Part shown: positions 45,865-56,388 of the stretch, piece by piece
How positions within the stretch are numbered: the first letter of the stretch is position 1
How the letters are laid out: each line of letters opens with the position of its first letter
Assembly (NCBI GenBank): GCA_947454705.1
Contig: CANGKZ010000008.1
Location: forward strand, 24,162 to 88,161
Direction: 5' to 3'
DNA length: 64,000 nucleotides
Source: Verrucomicrobiota bacterium
GTDB taxonomy: Bacteria; Verrucomicrobiota; Verrucomicrobiia; Limisphaerales; UBA9464
Position numbers and translations under genes: made by a program
Notes under the pieces: model-generated
Told to the model about the DNA's origin: nothing
The model's input: the letters and a program-made list of their open reading frames with translations, nothing else
Database searches by the model: none

Positions 45865-46214
45865 GGGGAAACGCTATGGGAACCGCAGTTTGCAGCCAAG
45901 CCTGCCACAGGTTCCGATTCCGCAAACCCCGGCGGGGCGGAACGCTTAAAATCAGGGGCAAATCGCAATAAATCGGAACGTTTGATCGAAAAAGCGCCCA
46001 AAAATGCGATTCCGGGGATGTGTTCAACGTCTTCCGCGAAAGCTTCTTGTAACCCGCTTGCCCCCTGTCCGGTCTCCGCCAACGCAACTCCGCGTGATCC
46101 GGTAGCCCAGTTCGAACCAGCCAGCCAGTTAGTCATCAGTCCAACACGAGCCGACTTTCCATTCGCGTTGACCACGCCGTCCCGCCAATCTCCGCCCGTA
46201 CCCTGTTCGATCCC

Positions 46215-47744
46215 ATGTCAACCTCCTCGAAATCAAACCCAGTTCAATGGGTGATCGTGACCGCCGTCGTCGCCGGTGCGGCCTACGGCCTCTGGCAGTG
46301 GAAATCCAAGCCCGGTAGCGCAACCGGCCCCGTGGAGTTCCGGACCAATGTGGTGTCCCGCGGCGAGATCACCCAGGCGGTCACCGCGAACGGCGCCCTG
46401 AATCCGGTGCGCGTGGTTTCGGTGGGCAGCCAGGTGTCCGGCATCATCACCGAGATGAATGTCGATTTTAACTCCCCGGTGAAGGAGGGCGACGTGCTGG
46501 CCAAGATCGATCCTTCGACCTTCGAGCGCGACCTCGTTTCGGCGCAGGCGGAACTGGCCAACGCCAAGGCCTCGCTGGAACTCGCCCAGTTCAATGAGAA
46601 GCGGGCCCGCAGTCTGTTTGCCTCAAAATTGGTCTCCGAGTCCGATTTCCAGCAGGCCGTCGTCGCCCTGCACCAGGCTGAGGCGGTGGTCAAGACCCGC
46701 CAGGCGTCCGTCGAGCGCGCGCAGGTCAGTCTCGACAAGACCACCATCACCGCCCCGATCAGTGGCATCGTGATTTCCCGCAAGGTGGACGCCGGCCAAA
46801 CCGTCGCCGCCAGCTTCAACACGCCGGAAATGTTCACCATCGCCAACGACCTGCGCAAAATGCAGATCGAAACCATGGTCAGCGAAGCGGACGTGGGCGG
46901 GGTGGAAGAGGGGCAAAAGGTGAACTTCTCGGTGGACGCTTTCCCGCAGCGCCAGTTTTCCGGCAAGGTGAAGCAACTTCGGTACGCGGCCGTGACCAAT
47001 CAGAACGTGGTGACCTACACCGCCGTCGTCGAAGTGGACAACCGCGACATGAAGTTGCGCCCCGGTATGACCGCCAATCCGGTGTCGATCATTACCGCGA
47101 GCCGGACCAACGCGCTGCGGATTCCGAATGCCGCGCTGCGGTTCCGTCCCTCGGACATGAGTCTGGTGGTTTCCACCAACGACGCCGTGGCCAAGGCCGC
47201 CGGAACCAATGCAACGGCCGGAGCTGGTGGATCGCGCCGACCCGAAGGCATGCCGATTCCTCCCTGGGTGGCGGAAGGCCGTCGTCCAACCGACGACGAA
47301 CGCAAGGCCTTTGACGCCACGCTCACTCCTGAACAGCGCGAGCAGATGGCCAAGTTCCGCGCTCAAATGCAGGCGGCCCGTGCTGCAGGCGGGGGCGGTG
47401 GTGCTGGCGGTGGAATGGGAGGCGGCGGAGGCATGGGTGGATTCGGCGGCGGTATGCCCGGGATGGGCGGAATGGGCGGCGGTGGTGCCCGGAGCGCCAT
47501 GCCCGAAGGGCCGGCCATTCGTACGATCTACATCGTGGATCGCGAAAAATCCCAACCCGGCAAAATGTTGCTTTCTGCCGTGTCGGTGAAGACCGGCATC
47601 AGCGATGGTACCAACACGGAAATCTCCGAGGGACTCAAGGACGGCGATGTGGTGGTGACCGGCGTTGCCACTCCGACGACCGCGACCGCGGCCCCGGCCG
47701 GCCCGCTCGGTGGCAATCCGTTCGGTGGCGGACCGCGCCGTTAA
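46215..47744 (+). CDS. Efflux periplasmic adaptor (HlyD/MacA-like) with Gly/Met-rich insertion
   Basis: N-terminal TM, a coiled-coil hairpin (AQAELANAKASLELAQ ... ) and beta-barrel segments. A GGGGGAGGGMGGGGGMGGFGGGMPGMGGMGGGG tract lies near the C-terminus. Confidence 0.88.
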   Translation: MSTSSKSNPVQWVIVTAVVAGAAYGLWQWKSKPGSATGPVEFRTNVVSRGEITQAVTANGALNPVRVVSVGSQVSGIITEMNVDFNSPVKEGDVLAKIDPSTFERDLVSAQAELANAKASLELAQFNEKRARSLFASKLVSESDFQQAVVALHQAEAVVKTRQASVERAQVSLDKTTITAPISGIVISRKVDAGQTVAASFNTPEMFTIANDLRKMQIETMVSEADVGGVEEGQKVNFSVDAFPQRQFSGKVKQLRYAAVTNQNVVTYTAVVEVDNRDMKLRPGMTANPVSIITASRTNALRIPNAALRFRPSDMSLVVSTNDAVAKAAGTNATAGAGGSRRPEGMPIPPWVAEGRRPTDDERKAFDATLTPEQREQMAKFRAQMQAARAAGGGGGAGGGMGGGGGMGGFGGGMPGMGGMGGGGARSAMPEGPAIRTIYIVDREKSQPGKMLLSAVSVKTGISDGTNTEISEGLKDGDVVVTGVATPTTATAAPAGPLGGNPFGGGPRR

Positions 47745-47788
47745 GCCAAACCCGCGCTCCAACCACAGCCCCAAGCCCAATTCCCCCC

Positions 47789-48550
47789 GTGTCCGTTCCG
47801 GTCATCCAACTCGAGGACTTCCGCAAGACCTACATCACCGGCGAAGTCGAGGTGAAGGCGGTCCGAGGTGTCAGCCTGAGCATTCAACCCGGTGAGTTCG
47901 TTGCCATCATGGGCGCCAGCGGTTCTGGCAAGAGCACCATGATGAACACGCTCGGCTGCCTCGACCGGCCCACGAGCGGCAAGTTTTTGCTCGATGGCGT
48001 GAACGTGGGCGAGTTGAACCGCGATGAACTGGCGGACCTTCGAAATCGCAAAATCGGTTTCGTGTTCCAGGGCTTCAACCTGCTGGCTCGAACCAGTGCG
48101 GTGGAGAATGTCGAGTTGCCGATGCTCTACAGCCGGCCTCCGATCCCAGCCGCAGAGCAGCGTCAGCGGGCCATGGAATCGCTCGCACTGGTCGGCCTCG
48201 CCAAACGCTACGATCACACGCCGAGTCAGCTCTCCGGCGGTCAACAGCAGCGCGTGGCCATCGCCCGCGGACTGGTGAACCGTCCCAAGCTGCTGCTCGC
48301 CGACGAACCCACCGGGAATCTCGATTCGCGAACCAGCATCGAGATCATGGGCATTTTCCAGGAGCTCAACGACAAGGGCATCACCATCGTCATGGTGACC
48401 CACGAGCTCGACATCGCGCGGTACTGCCGCCGCGTGGTGGTCATGCGCGACGGCCTGGTCCGCAGTGACGAACTGGTCAAGGACCGCTTCCTGGCCAGCG
48501 AGGAACTCGCCAAGCTCGACGCGGAACAAAAGGCCGTCCAACTCACCTGA
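47789..48550 (+). CDS. ABC transporter ATP-binding protein (MacB/LolD-type)
   Basis: Walker A GASGSGKST, signature LSGGQQQRVAIARGL and Walker B LLLADEPTGNLD. The start is GTG. Confidence 0.93.
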   Translation: MSVPVIQLEDFRKTYITGEVEVKAVRGVSLSIQPGEFVAIMGASGSGKSTMMNTLGCLDRPTSGKFLLDGVNVGELNRDELADLRNRKIGFVFQGFNLLARTSAVENVELPMLYSRPPIPAAEQRQRAMESLALVGLAKRYDHTPSQLSGGQQQRVAIARGLVNRPKLLLADEPTGNLDSRTSIEIMGIFQELNDKGITIVMVTHELDIARYCRRVVVMRDGLVRSDELVKDRFLASEELAKLDAEQKAVQLT

Positions 48551-48553
48551 GCC

Positions 48554-49768
48554 ATGTTTGCCGTCCTACGCATCGCCCTTCGCGCCCTTCGACGCAACAT
48601 CCTGCGTTCCTTCCTCACCATGCTCGGAATCATCGTCGGCATCGCCGCGGTGATCGTCGGCGTCAGCATGGGCACCGGAGCCAAGGCCGAGGTGGACAAG
48701 CAGATCGCCGGCATGGGCCAGAACCTCCTCGTGGTCATGTCCGGCAACATGGCCCGCGGCGGCGTCCGCGGCGGATTCGGTGCCGCACCCAATATTTCGC
48801 CGGCGGACTATGAAGCGCTCCGACGCGAGATCCCCGGGGTTGTCGCGGTCAGCCCCGAAGTCCGCGCCAATGCTCAGATTGCCGCAGGAAATCAGAACAG
48901 TTTCGTTCAGGTCTCCGGTGTGAGTTCGGACTATGCCTCGGTCCGCTCATGGCAGTTCCGCAGCGGTGCCAATTTCACCGAAGGCGATGTTCGCAACGCC
49001 AACAAGGTCTGCCTCATCGGCACCACCACCGCCAAAACCCTCTTCGGCGAAGGCGTGGATCCGGTGGGGCAAATCGTCCGCATCAAGAACGCTCCGTTCA
49101 CCATCATGGGCTGGCTCGCACCGAAGGGCGTGAACAGCTTTGGTCAGGACCAGGACGACATCGTCATCATGCCCTACACCAGCGCGATGAAGCGGTTGTC
49201 GGGCGACACCATGTTCCGTTCCCTCTCGGTTCAGGCGGAAGGCCCTGCGATCATCGCCGATGTTCAGACCAACATCTACGAACTCCTCCGCCAGCGGCAC
49301 AAGATCCAGCCCGGACGCGACGATGACTTCATGGTTCGCAACCAGCAGGAGATGAGCGATTTCTTCAACGCGAACAACCGCATCATGACCATCCTGATCG
49401 GATTCTTCGCCGGCATTTCGTTGGTCGTCGGCGGCATCGGCATCATGAACATCATGCTCGTGTCGGTGACCGAACGAACCCGCGAAATCGGCATCCGTCT
49501 CGCGGTGGGTGCGCGCGGACGCGATGTGCTCAAGCAGTTCCTCACCGAGGCCGTGCTCCTCAGCATCGCCGGCGGCGGCATGGGCATTGCCACGGGATTC
49601 TGGCTCGCTCCGCTGCTCACCAAATATTTCCAATTCCCCACGCTCATCTCCAACGACTCCGTCATCATGGCCTTCACGGTCAGCGCCGTGATCGGAATCG
49701 TCTTCGGATTCTTCCCCGCGCTCAAAGCCGCGCGCCTGGATCCCATCGACGCGCTCCGCTTCGAATAA
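48554..49768 (+). CDS. ABC transporter permease (MacB/FtsX-type)
   Basis: 404 aa with an N-terminal TM, a large periplasmic domain and a C-terminal FtsX-like 3-TM bundle (TERTREIGIRLAVGAR). Confidence 0.9.
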   Translation: MFAVLRIALRALRRNILRSFLTMLGIIVGIAAVIVGVSMGTGAKAEVDKQIAGMGQNLLVVMSGNMARGGVRGGFGAAPNISPADYEALRREIPGVVAVSPEVRANAQIAAGNQNSFVQVSGVSSDYASVRSWQFRSGANFTEGDVRNANKVCLIGTTTAKTLFGEGVDPVGQIVRIKNAPFTIMGWLAPKGVNSFGQDQDDIVIMPYTSAMKRLSGDTMFRSLSVQAEGPAIIADVQTNIYELLRQRHKIQPGRDDDFMVRNQQEMSDFFNANNRIMTILIGFFAGISLVVGGIGIMNIMLVSVTERTREIGIRLAVGARGRDVLKQFLTEAVLLSIAGGGMGIATGFWLAPLLTKYFQFPTLISNDSVIMAFTVSAVIGIVFGFFPALKAARLDPIDALRFE

Positions 49769-49897
49769 GAGCGTGTCTAAAAACTCCGGGATAAAACCCG
49801 GCGTTCGACGCATATAAATAAATAAAATGCGTCGGCAGTCAGGGATCTAAATCCATTCGTAACCTTTCGTTTCAGGTCGCAGTCTTATCCTGCGATT

Positions 49898-50869
49898 ATG
49901 AAACGGGTTCACGCATTGATTCTCCTCGCCGTGCTGCTCGTTTCCGCCGGCGTCGGAAGGGCCGCGTGGCGGGCCCATCAGAACCTCGTCACGCTGGAGG
50001 TTCACAACATGCCCTTGCGTGACGTGGTAAAGAAACTCCGCTGGCAAACCTGGGAGAAAATCACCGTCCACAAGGATCTCGACGCCCGGATCACCTTGAA
50101 CGTGATCGACCAGCCGTTGAATGGAGTGCTGGGTTTGATCGCCGAACAATGCGAGGCCCGATGGAGCGTTGCCTATCCCCTCTACACCACGAAGGACCGC
50201 CTTCGCGCCGTCGAACAACTTGCACGCGGCGAAGTGGAGGCCCCGCTGACGGGATGGACCAACTGGAATGCGCGTCCCAATTTCGGTGCACTCGCGTCCA
50301 TGGCCCAACGCCTCGCCTCGGGCGACACCTCGGTGCAGACGAATCTGATGGCTGCCGCAGGAACCATGCGCTTTGGCGGCCCGGGCGGACCCGGCATGGG
50401 GAATGAAGGTCCCGTGATTCCCATGCCCGTTAGGTTGAATCTGCAATCCCAGCCGCTAGCCGAAGCCACCGCGATGCTGCGTCAATTCGGACGCGTGAAG
50501 GTGGTCGCGGAAGATGGAACGAGCCGCGATGTCACCCTGGATCTTCAGGACGTCCCGATGGACAAGGCCGTGGCCGCACTCGCCAAGTGGGAGGCCCGAC
50601 ACTGGGCCAAGTTCTATGCGCTCGAACCGCGCCGCGGGTTCCGTCCCTCCGCGCAGGAGCGCGAGCAGATGGCGGCCATTCCCCGGCCGGATGCGGAAAC
50701 CATGCGCGCCATGCGCCAATCCTTTCAGCCGACCGAGGAAATGCAGGCGCGCGTCACTCAACGGGTCCTCGACAACATCAAGAATTCCACCGCTGAACAG
50801 CGGGCCCAGCGGGCTCGCGATCGGGCCCAGCGCGGAGGCCGCGGAGGATTCGGCGGACCGGGTCGTTAG
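49898..50869 (+). CDS. Hypothetical secreted protein with Gly/Arg-rich tail
   Basis: Signal peptide [22 protein letters not shown]. Two internally similar ~65-aa segments. C-terminus [12 protein letters not shown]. No family was confidently recognised. Confidence 0.6.
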   Translation: MKRVHALILLAVLLVSAGVGRAAWRAHQNLVTLEVHNMPLRDVVKKLRWQTWEKITVHKDLDARITLNVIDQPLNGVLGLIAEQCEARWSVAYPLYTTKDRLRAVEQLARGEVEAPLTGWTNWNARPNFGALASMAQRLASGDTSVQTNLMAAAGTMRFGGPGGPGMGNEGPVIPMPVRLNLQSQPLAEATAMLRQFGRVKVVAEDGTSRDVTLDLQDVPMDKAVAALAKWEARHWAKFYALEPRRGFRPSAQEREQMAAIPRPDAETMRAMRQSFQPTEEMQARVTQRVLDNIKNSTAEQRAQRARDRAQRGGRGGFGGPGR

Positions 50870-50898
50870 TTCCATTCTTGATTCAATTTTTGATCCCC

Positions 50899-51540
<642 letters not shown>

Positions 51541-51559
51541 AGAAGGATCAGCTTTTTTT

Positions 51560-51700
51560 ACCGCAGATGAACGCAGATGAACGCAGATCAGAACCTGTAA
51601 ACTCAACCGCCCGGATGAGGTTTGACGGGACGGATCCCGTCTCGGCATCTGCGCCGCTGATTCTCTTCTCCATCTGCGTCTATCCGCGTTTATCTGCGGT
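51560..51700. repeat. MITE-like element, family B (second full copy)
   Basis: accgcagatgaacgcagatgaacgcagat ... atctgcgtctatccgcgtttatctgcggt. It is 141 bp long and lies 20 nt after the stop at 51540. The interior is unrelated to 29305..29446. Confidence 0.8.
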
Positions 51701-51720
51701 GTAAACGGCTCCTTTCGGGC

Positions 51721-53136
51721 TCACTCCGATCGGCGAAAGCGCACCGCGAGCAGGCGTGCTCTTTTCTTCCCGGGCTCGGGTCTTAGTTTCGACGCAGGTT
51801 GCACCTTGAAGGCTTCGCCCGGCGGGAATCCCTCGACCCACGCCACGATGCCATCCTTCGTTTCCGCCAGCCACAGACGTCGCCGCTGGGCTGCGGGGAT
51901 TTTTCGGTTCACGAAGAGATTCTGGAGCCGCGACGCCCGATCCATGCCGAGCTGCTGAAACCGGTCCCCGGACCTCCAGTGACGCAGTCGAAGCGAATCT
52001 CCGATCGAATCCAGATCCAAGAATTCCTCTCCGGGACGCCGGACTGGTGGCCGCGTTTTGCCAGGAATCATTCTCCACTCGAACACTCCGTCGTCGGTGG
52101 CAACCACACCAGAGGTCCCGGTCAGCGTTACCAGAATTGATTCATCCCCGCCGGATGCGGATTCGGAGCCGTTCGTGGCAGGTGCCACCGGTTCCAGCGC
52201 TCCGCTGAGACAGCGCCGAAATCCGCTGCCCGGAGCGGTGGAGACCGTGGAAGTCCGGCTTCGCAGCTTCTCCACCAAATCAAACCCGCCTGCATGACCG
52301 AGCTCCCACAGTTCGAGTCGGATCACGGCACGCTGCACCGCCACGTGAAGCTTCTCAAAGGATCGCCGGCGACGCGCCGAGATCCACGCCCGAGCCGTAT
52401 CCTCCACGAACGCGGCTTCCTCGGAAACCACGTCTGCCGTTCGCCCGAGTACCTCGCGAATGCCTGCCTGATACTCGGACTCCAGCAGGGGCAGCAGCTG
52501 GTGACGGATCCGATTTCGCAGGATCGTCGGATCCTGATTGGAGGCGTCTTCGCGGAAGTGCCAGCTGCGTTCCCGGGCGATGGATTCGAGCTCGCGCTTG
52601 CTGAAATCGAGCAGGGGACGGAGCAGGGGAATCCTGGGATCGGCGGGCGAGGGGGATTCGCGTTTCATGCCGCCCAGCCCCGATCCGCCAGCGCCGCGGA
52701 GGAGCCGAATAAGCACCAACTCCGCCTGGTCATCGGCATGGTGCGCGAGGGCCACGGCATCGGCACCCCATTCCTGGGCGGTTCGCGCGAGAAAGGCATG
52801 ACGAAGCCGCCGGGCCTTCATTTCCAGGGATTCGCGGGAGGCGGTTCTTCCGGAGGGTGAATCCAAGTGCGCCGAACCCGTAAACGCCGCTAGACCCAGC
52901 TCGGCGGCCAGAGCTGAAACAAACGCCTGGTCGGCATCGGAGTCGGCTCCGCGGAGGTGGTGATTGAAATGGGCAACGGCGAGGTCCAAACCAAGCGCCG
53001 ACCTCAGCTCCCAGAGGCTTCGAAGCAGCACCACGGAATCCATCCCGCCGGAAACCGCGAGCAGCACGCGACGATGCGAGGACCCGCCCCAATGGCGTTT
53101 CCAGGATTCGAACACCCGCTGCGAGATTGCGTCCAC
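51721..53136 (-). CDS. tilS: tRNA(Ile)-lysidine synthetase
   Basis: The PP-loop VLLAVSGGMDSVVLL identifies the family. The start is proposed at GTG 53136 (VDAISQRVFESWKRHW...). The longer track ORF would run across the divergent lptD-like start, so the start is uncertain. Confidence 0.8.
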   Translation of the reverse strand: MDAISQRVFESWKRHWGGSSHRRVLLAVSGGMDSVVLLRSLWELRSALGLDLAVAHFNHHLRGADSDADQAFVSALAAELGLAAFTGSAHLDSPSGRTASRESLEMKARRLRHAFLARTAQEWGADAVALAHHADDQAELVLIRLLRGAGGSGLGGMKRESPSPADPRIPLLRPLLDFSKRELESIARERSWHFREDASNQDPTILRNRIRHQLLPLLESEYQAGIREVLGRTADVVSEEAAFVEDTARAWISARRRRSFEKLHVAVQRAVIRLELWELGHAGGFDLVEKLRSRTSTVSTAPGSGFRRCLSGALEPVAPATNGSESASGGDESILVTLTGTSGVVATDDGVFEWRMIPGKTRPPVRRPGEEFLDLDSIGDSLRLRHWRSGDRFQQLGMDRASRLQNLFVNRKIPAAQRRRLWLAETKDGIVAWVEGFPPGEAFKVQPASKLRPEPGKKRARLLAVRFRRSE

Positions 53137-53257
53137 CGGACCGAAGCCTAGCCCTAAACAGCACCGGGCTCCATGCCGGAAGCGGCGGCCGGGATCGAAT
53201 GCACTGGAACTTGGGCTTGGCCGACGGTCGCCGGGTTGGATAGCGTGGACGCGTTCG

Positions 53258-55459
53258 ATGAAGTTTACCCCGCTTGGTCTCGCCATCCTGGCCGCAGCCG
53301 CCGTGCTCGCCCGGGAAACCCCAGCCACCCCGGATCCCGAGCTGATCGTCCGGTCGTCCGGCAAGGGCAGTTCCTTTGAGTTCGACGGCGTCCACGCGGT
53401 GGCCAACGACGGCGTGATCGTCGAGTACGGATCCAGCACCGTCACCGCGCGCAAGATCACGCTCGATCGCGACCATCAGACGGTGTTTGCCGAGGGCGAC
53501 GTCCTGATTCAATTCCCGGACAAACAGGGCCGGATGCAGCTTTGGCGCGGCGAAGCGGTCTATTTCAATTACGAGACCAAGGCTCTTTCCGCCGACGATT
53601 TCCGCGTCGGACAGCCCCCGTTTTTCGCCAAGGGCAAGCAGCTGAAGGCCGGTAAGAATCGCGCCCAGCAGGTGGCGGAAGGCGCAGTGATTACCACGGA
53701 CGATCTCGCCGAACCCGGATATCACATTCGCGCCAAGCGACTGGTGTTCATTCCCGGGAAGATCATGACGGCCGAAGAGGCCACCTTCTACGTGGGCAAG
53801 ACGCCGGTGATGTATTTCCCCACTTACACGCGGAGCCTGGAGCGTCATCCGAACTTTTGGACCCTCACCCCCGGGTATCGCAGCCTGTACGGTCCGTTCG
53901 CGCTGACCGGGTATCACTATTTTTGGAACACCAATGTTGAAACGGTCCTGAACCTCGACTGGCGCCAGAAGCGCGGAATCGGCGTCGGACCGGAGATCAA
54001 CTACGATCTCGGCCAGGCCGGGAAGGGGACTGCGGAGTTTTACTACACCCGCGACGATGCGCCCGGATTGAACGGAGCGGGACTGCCCCTGCCCTCGAAT
54101 CGGCACCGCACCACCTTCACCCACGAGATGGAGCCCTGGGACGGGTTCAATGCAAAGGCCGTGGTGCGCGAGCAGGGCGATCCGCTGGTGGTGCACGACT
54201 TCTTCGAGAACGAGTTTCGCCGCGACACCCAGCCCAAGTCCTTCTTCGAGGCCAGCCAGTTCTGGCGCAACTTCAGCCTCGATGTGATGGCGCAGCCGCA
54301 GATCAACGACTTCTTCCGCACGGTGGAGCGTCTGCCCGACCTCAAGGTCACCGGGCTCCGCCAGCAGGTCTGGGACACGCCGGTGTATTACGAGACGGAA
54401 AGTTCCGTGGCGTATCTGCGGTATCGCGACGGTCTTCTCGGCAGCGGAGTCTCGACCAATTTCTCCGCGATGCGTACCGATACGTATCATCAGTTCGTGC
54501 TCCCGCAGACTTACTTCGGCTGGTTGAATTTCACGCCGAGGGCAGGGGGACGTTATACCTATTACGGGGATCCCGATGGACTTCCGGTTCCGGGCGGCGC
54601 GCGGGATCGCTGGGTGTTCAACACCGGCGCTGAACTCAGCTTCAAGGCATCGCGCGTGTGGCAAGGGATCCGCAATGAGACCCTCGATGTCACCGGGGTC
54701 CGCCACATCGTGGAGCCCTCGATCAACTACGTGTACGTGCCGCGCCCGGATCGCCAGCCCTACGAACTGCCGCAGTTCGACCAGGAGCTGCCGTCACACC
54801 GCCTGTTGCCGCTCGATTTCCCGGATTATAATTCGATCGATTCGGTGGACAGTCAGAACACGCTTCGGTTGGGTCTCCGCAACAAGGTTCAGACCAAGCG
54901 TACCGAGGGCGTGGAAAACGTCCTTAACTGGGCGCTGTACACCGACTGGCGTATGCGCCCGCGCACGGGACAGACCACGTTCCCGGATTTGTATTCCGAC
55001 CTCGATTTCAGCCCGCGCAGCTGGGCGGTGTTCAACTCGCAGCTTCGCTACGACATCAACGGCCGCGACTGGCGCGAATCGAATCATCGGCTGACCCTGC
55101 TCCCGAACGGCGACTGGAACTGGACCCTGGGTCACCGTTACTTGAAAGATGATCCAACTCCCGGAGGTTACGGACCGGGCAATAATCTGATTTCCAGCAG
55201 TCTTTATTATAAGATCAACGAGGACTGGGGATTCCGGTTCAGCCATTATTTCGAGGCCCGCGACGGCGTGCTTGAAGAGCAGTACTATACGCTGTATCGC
55301 GATCTAAGAAGCTGGACCGCGGCACTGACCGTGCGGCTTCGCGACAACCGTCAATCGACCGCCGACTGGGCGATTGTGTTGACGCTGCAGTTGAAGGCAT
55401 TCCCGCGGTTCGGTCTCGGCAAGGACACCGACCGCGCCGACTGGCTCCTCGGTCGCTAG
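53258..55459 (+). CDS. lptD: LPS-assembly outer-membrane protein LptD-like (OstA)
   Basis: ATG at 53258 gives the signal peptide MKFTPLGLAILAAAAVLA. An OstA-like N-domain follows (VTARKITLDRDHQTVFAEGDVLIQF). The C-terminal region is large and beta-rich, with an FYVGKTPVMYFPTY-type motif. Confidence 0.7.
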   Translation: MKFTPLGLAILAAAAVLARETPATPDPELIVRSSGKGSSFEFDGVHAVANDGVIVEYGSSTVTARKITLDRDHQTVFAEGDVLIQFPDKQGRMQLWRGEAVYFNYETKALSADDFRVGQPPFFAKGKQLKAGKNRAQQVAEGAVITTDDLAEPGYHIRAKRLVFIPGKIMTAEEATFYVGKTPVMYFPTYTRSLERHPNFWTLTPGYRSLYGPFALTGYHYFWNTNVETVLNLDWRQKRGIGVGPEINYDLGQAGKGTAEFYYTRDDAPGLNGAGLPLPSNRHRTTFTHEMEPWDGFNAKAVVREQGDPLVVHDFFENEFRRDTQPKSFFEASQFWRNFSLDVMAQPQINDFFRTVERLPDLKVTGLRQQVWDTPVYYETESSVAYLRYRDGLLGSGVSTNFSAMRTDTYHQFVLPQTYFGWLNFTPRAGGRYTYYGDPDGLPVPGGARDRWVFNTGAELSFKASRVWQGIRNETLDVTGVRHIVEPSINYVYVPRPDRQPYELPQFDQELPSHRLLPLDFPDYNSIDSVDSQNTLRLGLRNKVQTKRTEGVENVLNWALYTDWRMRPRTGQTTFPDLYSDLDFSPRSWAVFNSQLRYDINGRDWRESNHRLTLLPNGDWNWTLGHRYLKDDPTPGGYGPGNNLISSSLYYKINEDWGFRFSHYFEARDGVLEEQYYTLYRDLRSWTAALTVRLRDNRQSTADWAIVLTLQLKAFPRFGLGKDTDRADWLLGR

Positions 55460-56108
55460 GTTCGCCGCCGCGTTCCCCATCCTCTCTCGAGGCCTATACT
55501 GCCGTTTCCAAGTTCCAAGGCTGCTGGAACGCGAAGCGGTCGGTCGGATTCCCGCCGATTCCATGCTTGAGGTGCGCTTCACCGAGGTGAACCCGGCGGG
55601 TCAGATTCCGCCGCTCTCCCTGGGTTAGGTTCAGTTCATTTCCGAATCTCCGCCAGCCCGACTGGAACTCGAATACCGTCTGAACTTGGCATCTGGCGCA
55701 GGCACCAGCGCCACCACGGACTCGTTTCAAAAGGTGATCCTCACAAGTGCTGGCCTTTATTCCTCGGCGGTTCGCGCATCCTCAGATCCACTCGAAATTG
55801 AGCTGCAGTTGCTCAGGAACTGGGTGAAAACCGTTCGATCGTAGGAAAGGTTGTTCCCGCGCGACGCATCTTCAGAATCGGCAGCGCAACCAGCGCCTAA
55901 GTCCGAACACGTCCGGCGTGGCGAAGTTCGATGTCTCGCCCGGCTTTCCCTGTTTGTTTCCCACAAATCGCGGGGGATTTCTCCAAATCACTCCATCTTC
56001 TTGGACCCTTTCGTGCGCTGCGGAGGCTTGGTTCTCAGGTCGTTCAACCCATCGCGATTGGGCGCGGGGTCTCACCAAAGCGCGATTCTTTGAGGAGTGT
56101 ACCCCTCC

Positions 56109-56388
56109 CGCACGACCTGTGCGCTGAGTCGGAGTCCGCACAAACCAGCAAGAATAGACTGTGCGCAGACCACCCGCCTCTTGGGTGTGCACAAAGGGGT
56201 GTGCGGTATCTGTGCGCTCGCTTCTGATGTGTGCGGTGTTCGGGCTTCAAAATGTCCCGAATCGTTCGATAATTTGAGGATTTGAGTTGGGTTTAGATCT
56301 GCATTTCCCCCTGTGCGTACGGAGAGGATGGGCCTCGATTTCTGGGGTGTGCGAATTCTAGTGTGCGTATTATTTCATCAAGCGCACA
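56109..56388. promoter_or_regulatory. Array of TGTGCG/CGCACA hexamer repeats (candidate protein-binding array)
   Basis: Manual count. Exact TGTGCG starts at 56118, 56160, 56200, 56211, 56230, 56312, 56348 and 56362. Exact CGCACA starts at 56137 and 56383. TGTGCA occurs at 56186 and CGCAC at 56109. Weaker GTGCG copies occur at 56013, 56447 and 56613. Confidence 0.7.

Noticed and set aside
42088-46254. 1388-aa ORF on the plus strand (the longest in the track)
   Set aside because: It runs antisense to two genes with strong family signatures (CRTAC1 and the multiheme/TPR protein). Its translation is low-complexity and Arg/Gly/His-rich with no motifs. This is a typical stop-codon-poor antisense frame in high-GC DNA.
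52730-54706. 658-aa minus-strand ORF spanning the tilS 5' region and the lptD-like gene
   Set aside because: It crosses a divergent promoter region and is antisense to lptD. No domain signature was seen.
55494-55730. 78-aa minus-strand ORF in the gap after lptD
   Set aside because: No recognisable motif, no signal for a start context, and it overlaps other equally short ORFs in other frames. It is kept only as part of the ORF-poor region finding.
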